Positions 57,837 through 64,000 of a stretch of DNA of 64,000 nt are shown piece after piece. The notes under the pieces were generated by a model that saw only the letters and a list, made by a program, of their open reading frames with translations, was not told where the DNA came from and made no database searches. This stretch comes from Spirochaetota bacterium (GTDB lineage: Bacteria > Spirochaetota > UBA4802 > UBA5550): the NCBI GenBank assembly GCA_050298055.1, contig JBNKTL010000015.1, forward strand, positions 26,432 through 90,431, in the 5' to 3' direction. The position numbers and the translations under genes were made by a program. Position 1 is the stretch's first letter; the number at the start of each line of letters is the position of its first letter.

Positions 57837-59258
57837 ATGAAAAGGATATTTATACTGCTGATACTATTATCCGTCCCCGGTGTTACCCGGGGGAACAGCC
57901 TGACCATTACCCAGGTTGACACATCCCAACTGTTCTTAAAGCAGAAGGTCAACCTCTATGTAAATCTCAGCGATAACACCGGGAACCCCATAAGAAATAT
58001 TACAAAGGAGAATATCCGCCTTTATGAATCGGGGACACAACCCGGGAGCAAAAGAAACGAAATCGAGAATAAGAAAATAACGGTAGAACCCTTTGTGAAC
58101 CGGAACAATGGTATAAACTTTTTCCTGATGATAGACAATTCCGGCAGCATGCGGCAGACAATGGAAGGGAGACAGACAAAAGTTGAGAGCCGGAGAAGGA
58201 TCTACCTGGCAAAAAAAACAGTGGCATCATTTCTTGATTCCATGAACAATCCCAATGACAGGGTCGGCCTGGCATCCTACAATACCAATTATGATTCACT
58301 CTCCTCACCCACTGCCAATATTCAAAGAGTGAAAAACTACCTCTTTGATATCGCAAAACCGGTATCGGAAGAAGGATACACCGAGATATACGGCAGCCTT
58401 TCCCTTGCGGTATACGATTTTAAGAAGATCCGGGGACGAAAGGTTATCATCCTTTTAACCGACGGGGTGAATCAGCCCTATTACAGGCTCACCGGCAAAG
58501 TTCACGACATTTTCGGAAAAAAAACCTTTACATACAAAGAACCGGTCATGCTCTGCAATGAAGAGGGTATCTCCGTATTCCCGGTCTATTTTGGACCCCG
58601 GGGGGGTATGAAGGACCGTCACCTTGACGAGATAGCGAAGGAGACAGGGGGGATGGTGTTCAGCGCCCATAACAAAGGTGAGCTGGCAGACGTTTACACA
58701 AAAATAAAACGGCAGATCCTCAACGAATACCTGGTCTCTTATCCGGCGTCCATGTTCCCCGCAAACAGGAAGACCGTCAGGATGGTCTATGGAAAAGGGC
58801 GGAATAAGGTTTCATCCGAAAGATATTATTTTTCCGGTTCCGTGTTCGGGCTTCCCGTAGATGAGATTGCCTGGTGGCTCGTTTTACCTCTCCTTCTGGG
58901 GCTGGCTCTTTTCGCGGGACTCATCTCCCTGAAGTATGAAAATAAAAATAAAGGGGCCTACCTGGAGTTATTGGAAAGGGGAGTTGCCAGAGTATCCACC
59001 AGAATGTTTTCCATAAACAGCGTCAGGACAGTTATCGGGGGAACAGACAATGCGGATATGACCATTGTCGGCAATAATAAGAATCTTAAAAACAGCCAGG
59101 CTACCATTGTCTTTGATAAGAAGAGTAACCGGTTTACCCTGATCAGCAAAGGAACAACAAAGGTCAATAACAGGAAGATCAGTTCCAAGGTCCTGGAGCC
59201 GGGAGACGTCATCGATGTCTGCGGCACCACGGTGATCTTTGACAACAATAAGATATGA
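57837..59258 (+). CDS. Exported vWA domain, TM helix and FHA-like domain
   Basis: Signal peptide, MIDAS DNSGSM...T...LLTDG, IAKETGG, TM, TKVNN...LEPGDVIDVCGT. Confidence 0.82.
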   Translation: MKRIFILLILLSVPGVTRGNSLTITQVDTSQLFLKQKVNLYVNLSDNTGNPIRNITKENIRLYESGTQPGSKRNEIENKKITVEPFVNRNNGINFFLMIDNSGSMRQTMEGRQTKVESRRRIYLAKKTVASFLDSMNNPNDRVGLASYNTNYDSLSSPTANIQRVKNYLFDIAKPVSEEGYTEIYGSLSLAVYDFKKIRGRKVIILLTDGVNQPYYRLTGKVHDIFGKKTFTYKEPVMLCNEEGISVFPVYFGPRGGMKDRHLDEIAKETGGMVFSAHNKGELADVYTKIKRQILNEYLVSYPASMFPANRKTVRMVYGKGRNKVSSERYYFSGSVFGLPVDEIAWWLVLPLLLGLALFAGLISLKYENKNKGAYLELLERGVARVSTRMFSINSVRTVIGGTDNADMTIVGNNKNLKNSQATIVFDKKSNRFTLISKGTTKVNNRKISSKVLEPGDVIDVCGTTVIFDNNKI

Positions 59259-59264
59259 GAAAAC

Positions 59265-59981
59265 TCATTGGCGGTTTGTTCGGTCCTTAAGGAAACGCCT
59301 GTATACTTTGTAATGTTCCGTTTCCTCATATTCGATGACACGTACCGGGAGAAAATCGAAACTGTATATCCTGGCCCCTTCACAAGCCAATAACAGGGGA
59401 GAGTGAGTGGCAATAATAAACTGCGCATGTCCGGCCTGACTATTTTCCCCAATTATCTCAAGTAATTCCAGCTGGCTTCGCGGCGAAAGCGCCGTCTCGG
59501 GCTCATCCAGAAAATAGATACCCTTTATCTGATAGCGTGAACGAAAATAGGACATCATCGATTGACCGTGTGATTGGGTCAGCAGGGATTTCCCCCCAAA
59601 ATACTTCAACTGCCCCGGATCTGTTGCCGCCCATTCCTCGAGGATACCGGCAAAATCCTTGAATATATCTGATCCGAAAAATGCCCCCGGGACCTGCCCG
59701 TTGGACCATTCCGGAGCCAGGTACCTGTATAGTTCTTTTTCATACCTGTTGAATTGATACCGGCTCCCTTCCGGCTTGCTCCAGATATGAATACCACTTG
59801 CCCGGGCCAGGGCCTCCAGCAGGGTCGATTTCCCCGTGCCATTCTCACCGGCAAATAATGTCACAGGTGTATCAAATACGATCTGCCTTGTTTGATTAAG
59901 AACAGGCAAATTGAAGGGGTAATGCTCCTTTGTGGGGAATTTCTCCTGCAGCAGGGTCATATTTTTGATATAAGTTGTCAT
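59265..59981 (-). CDS. ABC/AAA-type ATPase (COG3910-like)
   Basis: GENGTGKSTLLEA, QSHGQS, LDEPETALSP, IATHSP. Confidence 0.85.
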   Translation of the reverse strand: MTTYIKNMTLLQEKFPTKEHYPFNLPVLNQTRQIVFDTPVTLFAGENGTGKSTLLEALARASGIHIWSKPEGSRYQFNRYEKELYRYLAPEWSNGQVPGAFFGSDIFKDFAGILEEWAATDPGQLKYFGGKSLLTQSHGQSMMSYFRSRYQIKGIYFLDEPETALSPRSQLELLEIIGENSQAGHAQFIIATHSPLLLACEGARIYSFDFLPVRVIEYEETEHYKVYRRFLKDRTNRQ

Positions 59982-60020
59982 TGTATTTCCGTGATCTTAT
60001 CCGGTTTTCCCTCAGTTGCA

Positions 60021-60060
60021 TTACAACCCGGCATCTCCTGCCTGGCCGGTGCTGTTATGA
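60021..60060 (-). other. Degenerate or truncated attC-like site downstream of the ankyrin gene
   Basis: Minus strand TCATAACAGCACCGG...CCGGGTTGTAA hairpin ~70 nt after the stop; too short for a full attC. Confidence 0.35.
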
Positions 60061-60132
60061 TTTAATATTGTAATTAATAGAGCTGGTTTTTTATCAAGAA
60101 TATTTTGGAATTGAATATTGGGTAATATGCCA

Positions 60133-61569
60133 TTAATCTGAACTAACTTGACTTTTTAAAAAATCAACAAGCTTATCGTTTCCCTGGGAAACAGCTAGAT
60201 CCAGGGGAGTTTTCCCACTGTCATCTAAAGCATGCAAGTCAGCCCCTTTTTCAAGTAACAGCCTGCTTGCCTCAACCCGGCCATGCCAGGCAGCATAATG
60301 TAAAGAAGACCAGCCATTTTCTCCCTTTTCATCAATAAGAGCCGGTTTTTTTTCAATTAAATCTTTAATCAACCAGATCATCCCGTACATACAGGCGTTA
60401 AGAAAAACAGTATCACCTCTATTGTTTTTTACACAGGGATCAGCGCCATGTTCATATAAAAACTTAGTAATATCAGGATTTTCCATTGAGTGGAGCAATG
60501 GAGTCCAACCCTCATCATTAGGCTGGTTAACATTCAGCCCCATTTCAACCAGTTTTTTTACCAGATTTAGATTTCCGCTATGCACAGCATTAATTAAAAC
60601 AGTATAACCCTGTTCATCAAGTATGTCCACATCGGCTCCAGCAACAATAAAAGCTTCAACTACTTCCATGTTAGCTTTTCTAAGAGCATAGGCAAATTCA
60701 CTTTGTAGAATTTGTTTATCAATACCGCTCTTTATTATCAGCTTAACAGTATCCGCCATATCATTGAATATAGCCCAATAAAGAGCTGTATACTTATCTT
60801 TTGTAATAATATTAACATCAGCACCCCGGTCTATTAAATATTCTGCCACATTAGAGTGTTTATCTCTGATAGTCTCTGTTAGGGGTGTTCTATTGCTTGA
60901 ATCTTTGGCATCAATGTCACAATTCATTTGAATTAATATTTTTACGATATCAAGATGCCCAAAATGAGCTGCTACATGCAGTAGAGTCTGGTTGTAATAT
61001 GGACAAATCATTGCTTTTGTTTTTTCAGTAAGCAGCTCATTTACTTTTTTAACATCACCTGATTTAACTGCATTATATAGTTCATACTCATTATCTGTTA
61101 ATCCCCTTGCTTTATAAATCAATTCCTTTATTTTATCATCATTAATATTTGCGGCTAAATCAAGATGGTGTGTAACCAAATGTGCTTTAGGGTCTGCCCC
61201 CCTGTTAACTAACAACTCTACTATTGCAAAATTTTCATATTTTACAGCAACACATAAAGGAGTTTGATCTTCATAACCATCTCTCATATCAATTTTAGCA
61301 CCATTATCCAATAAAAGTTCTACAATGTTTAAATGACCATTGTCCACTGCATAGTAAAGAGCCGACATGCCGGCATAATCCTGGTAATTGGGATCAACTC
61401 CCTTTTCCAGGAGCAGCTTTACAATCTCAGAATTGCCTGTTGTGGCCGCTTCAAAAAGCGGTGAATTCCAATATTCATCATTTGATTTTAGTTCAATACC
61501 ACTTTCAATTATTTTCATTACATCTTTAATTTTATTGTTTTTAATAGCTTGATTTAGTTTGTCTAACAT
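60133..61569 (-). CDS. Ankyrin-repeat protein (cassette-like, AT-rich)
   Basis: About 13 TPL/SAL..A...G...IV.LL...GAD repeats. Confidence 0.92.
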   Translation of the reverse strand: MLDKLNQAIKNNKIKDVMKIIESGIELKSNDEYWNSPLFEAATTGNSEIVKLLLEKGVDPNYQDYAGMSALYYAVDNGHLNIVELLLDNGAKIDMRDGYEDQTPLCVAVKYENFAIVELLVNRGADPKAHLVTHHLDLAANINDDKIKELIYKARGLTDNEYELYNAVKSGDVKKVNELLTEKTKAMICPYYNQTLLHVAAHFGHLDIVKILIQMNCDIDAKDSSNRTPLTETIRDKHSNVAEYLIDRGADVNIITKDKYTALYWAIFNDMADTVKLIIKSGIDKQILQSEFAYALRKANMEVVEAFIVAGADVDILDEQGYTVLINAVHSGNLNLVKKLVEMGLNVNQPNDEGWTPLLHSMENPDITKFLYEHGADPCVKNNRGDTVFLNACMYGMIWLIKDLIEKKPALIDEKGENGWSSLHYAAWHGRVEASRLLLEKGADLHALDDSGKTPLDLAVSQGNDKLVDFLKSQVSSD

Positions 61570-61598
61570 AGTTAAAATTAATCCTTAGTCATTTATCA

Positions 61599-61772
61599 TA
61601 ATAACGTTAAAGCTTAACCGACGTTGCCATGATTGCGTAATGTATTTAAAAGAGTTGAATTTATTTTTGCAACTAAATTTTTAGAAAGCAACAATGGGCA
61701 ATGTGCCGAAGGCCGAGCACCGCAGGCGCGGCCTTTTGCGCCGAGGAGCGGAGCGGTTAAGCTTAGTTATTT
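61599..61772 (-). mobile_element. attC-like integron cassette recombination site
   Basis: Minus strand AAATAAC-T-AAGCTTAACCG ... CGGTTAAGCTT-TAAC-GTTATTA, with internal TCGGCCTTCGGCACATT. Confidence 0.65.
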
Positions 61773-61840
61773 GCAGTGGGCGCAAACAGCAATAGTATTT
61801 TTGTAATTTTGACATGGACGTCAAAATTATTAGAGTTAAT

Positions 61841-62743
61841 CTATTCTGCATACCCAAATATACATTTCTTTATTATTCCAATTTTGCCTTTATACCAATA
61901 AACTTGTTGTTCATAAGCATTGTAATCTTTGTTTTTGGGCAAATTAGGGCAATCTTTTGCAACTCTATCATACTGTTGAAAAATAAATTTATCATCATGC
62001 CATTTATTCATATATTTATTACTTTTTATTAAATAATGTGTTTCATATACGGTTTTTCTTTTAATTCCATCAATAATTTCTAAGCTCCTGGTAGCTCCAG
62101 TACCATCATCAATAGCAATGTATCGCTTTGATTTCGAGACATCAATAATACTTGGACTATATGCTTTTTTTGGCAAATTTAAAAAAGTTTTATTATAAAA
62201 ATCAAAAATACCAGCAAAGAATAATTCTCCAATATTAAGTTTAATAGATATTAAAAAATACCTTTTATTAAATGTATTTGAAAAATTTTTAATAGTATAA
62301 CTGAAGTCTTTAAATTTTAAATTATCAACATGTGTATAATCATTAAAGCTTTCTGGATTAAACTTTTTAGAGAAATATATCTTATCGTTAAGAATGGATT
62401 TTATCAATAATTGATTTTTTTGAAATTTAATTATAAAACCATCTTCTTTATTTAGTATGGAATCACCTTTACTTATTAGTTTAATGTAATCTTTATAAAT
62501 AAATCCTTCTTTTTTCTTATGACTTATTTTATACCATTCTTTAAATTTATTCTGCGTTTCAATTTTTTTAATAACTGACACTTTATCATATTTATTTAAT
62601 TGCAAGACAACTTTACTTTCTGTATTTGGTTTGTTTCTGATATTTACTAGATCTCCAATAATAACACCTTGGTCATTTTTTCTTTTACAACCAAAACTAT
62701 AATAAATCATAAAACAGATTGATATAATTTTTATTACTTTCAC
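61841..62743 (-). CDS. SH3b-domain lipoprotein (cassette-like, very AT-rich)
   Basis: Lipobox-like SFGC; VNIRNKPNTESKVV...EWYKI...EGFIYKDYI. Confidence 0.82.
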   Translation of the reverse strand: MKVIKIISICFMIYYSFGCKRKNDQGVIIGDLVNIRNKPNTESKVVLQLNKYDKVSVIKKIETQNKFKEWYKISHKKKEGFIYKDYIKLISKGDSILNKEDGFIIKFQKNQLLIKSILNDKIYFSKKFNPESFNDYTHVDNLKFKDFSYTIKNFSNTFNKRYFLISIKLNIGELFFAGIFDFYNKTFLNLPKKAYSPSIIDVSKSKRYIAIDDGTGATRSLEIIDGIKRKTVYETHYLIKSNKYMNKWHDDKFIFQQYDRVAKDCPNLPKNKDYNAYEQQVYWYKGKIGIIKKCIFGYAE

Positions 62744-62802
62744 TTAAATTGTCTCCAGTATAATATAAAAATGGCGCATGGATGCGCCAAATAGAGTTTT
62801 GC

Positions 62803-63450
62803 GGTACAACCCGAAGACATCGGTAACGAAAATGTCTCGACACATCGGTAACACTCTATAGAGCTTTTCGTACCTTTATAGAATCTTCTTCAAAAATAAT
62901 CAAGCCAGTTATTTCATCAAGAACACCAATAAGAAAATCGTCAAACCATATTTTAATACGGCTATGCTGTTCTTTGATGGCAACATTGTATCCGGCGAAC
63001 GGATTTCCGACAAAGATTCTTTTTCCCTTGTAGTTGCAAAAACCACGATCATTTACCATACGACTTATAAATCCTCTCCCGTAAACGATCAAGACATCTT
63101 CTGGTTCATATTTTCTTTCAGATTTTGTATATAATTCAGCAGGGGTTTTCATGCCTAAGGCTTGGTGAGGTCTGATAGTATTAAATACCTCGCACCATTG
63201 ATCGAATACTTTTTGGTGTTCGTTTAAATTGCCATCTATTTGACCTTCCAGTTCCTGTGTCATGTCCCGGTGCATTCGTTCATGCCCACCGTTTTGATAA
63301 GGGCATCCAGGATCTATTCTATCAAGTTTAATACCAAGAGACATCCACCAGACTGAGAGTTTGCTTAAACCAAGGGCATTAAATGAACTGGCAAAGGGAG
63401 GCCCATTATCTGATCGAATGATTTCAGGGAGCCCATATTGGGTAAAAATG
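62803..63450 (-). mobile_element. IS481-family element, 3' part (transposase interrupted by IS21)
   Basis: Frame continues upstream of the ORF call as YGLPEIIRSDNGPPFAS...LSVWWMSLGI...PYQNGGHERMHR. Terminus has repeated ACATCGGTAAC at ~62817 and ~62842. Confidence 0.85.
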
Positions 63451-64000
63451 TGTCAATTTTCACGATATTGACCCCCTCGTAATCGCAATGCTGACCCCCT
63501 GAAAATCGGTATACTGACCCCTCTTAAAAATAAATAACGGCCTCAGAATGGAAACTGGAGGCTGTGAGAATTGGACAAGAGGACGAAAGACATGTATTCA
63601 ATACAGGACATAATAGAAGACCTGCTAAACAAAAAGAAGATAAAAGAGATAGCGAGAGTAAGAAAAGTATCCAAGAATACTGTAAAGAAATACCGTAAAA
63701 TACTTGAAGGAATCCTTGAAAAGAAACCTGAATATCATGGTTCTTTGGATAACATTTTGGATGAAATCAGGAAACAAAGGCAAGAAGAAAAGTATTCAGA
63801 AAATTTTGGGTGGCTCAAGAAAAACAATGAACTGGTAGAAAAGTTATCCCAGGGTTGTGATAACTATGTCCGGCTTGTTGAGGTATTAAACGAGAAGGGC
63901 TTCAAAGGGAGTTATTCATCTCTGTTAAGGTATATTGAAAAAAACAGAGTTAATTCAGAAAACCCGATAGTCAGAATAGAGACCCGCCCCGGGGAAATAG
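63451..64000 (+). mobile_element. IS21-family element, left end
   Basis: TGTCAA terminus, three TGACCCC repeats, istA start. Confidence 0.85.
63571..64000 (+). CDS. istA: IS21 transposase IstA (partial)
   Basis: GGAGG RBS and TTG; KEIARVRKVSKNTVKKYR HTH; GFKGSYSSLLRY...VRIETRPGE; runs off window. Confidence 0.85.
   Translation, partial: MDKRTKDMYSIQDIIEDLLNKKKIKEIARVRKVSKNTVKKYRKILEGILEKKPEYHGSLDNILDEIRKQRQEEKYSENFGWLKKNNELVEKLSQGCDNYVRLVEVLNEKGFKGSYSSLLRYIEKNRVNSENPIVRIETRPGEI

Noticed and set aside
59265..59981. ATPase as part of the kinase operon or of a defence system
   Set aside because: It is convergent with the operon and has no adjacent nuclease partner.

Overview
Bacterial chromosomal window, most likely from a Spirochaetota genome of the Leptospirales-like or uncultured type. 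This is inferred from the short EF-Ts, the 7TM-DISM/SpoIIE protein, the SH3 and ankyrin cassettes and the Leptospira-style attC-like repeat. From left to right: (1) a toxin-less array of at least 8 divergent Imm11/DUF1629-like immunity genes plus one DUF6138-like gene, directly behind tRNA-Thr(CGT); (2) the core rpsB-tsf-pyrH-frr-uppS-cdsA-dxr-rseP cluster; (3) envelope and housekeeping genes (mlaEFD-like with a degenerate ATPase, GT2, Prc, cheB, gatA, moaA), interspersed at 20.6-30.3 kb with six copies or variants of a ~140-bp MITE-like hairpin element; (4) redox genes (FTR-like plus glutaredoxin), a GAF kinase and an HDOD protein, pelF-pelG, glmS, a WD40-metacaspase and an apparently circularly permuted GH114; (5) a six-gene operon that I cannot match to a described system: two paralogues of an unknown domain (one fused to HU), a PPP-like phosphatase, a Hanks kinase, a membrane-FHA protein and a vWA-FHA protein, with a nearby divergent FHA-LuxR regulator; (6) AT-rich integron-like cassettes with attC-like sites, then an IS481 interrupted by an IS21. 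All family calls come from recognising motifs by eye; no searches were run.
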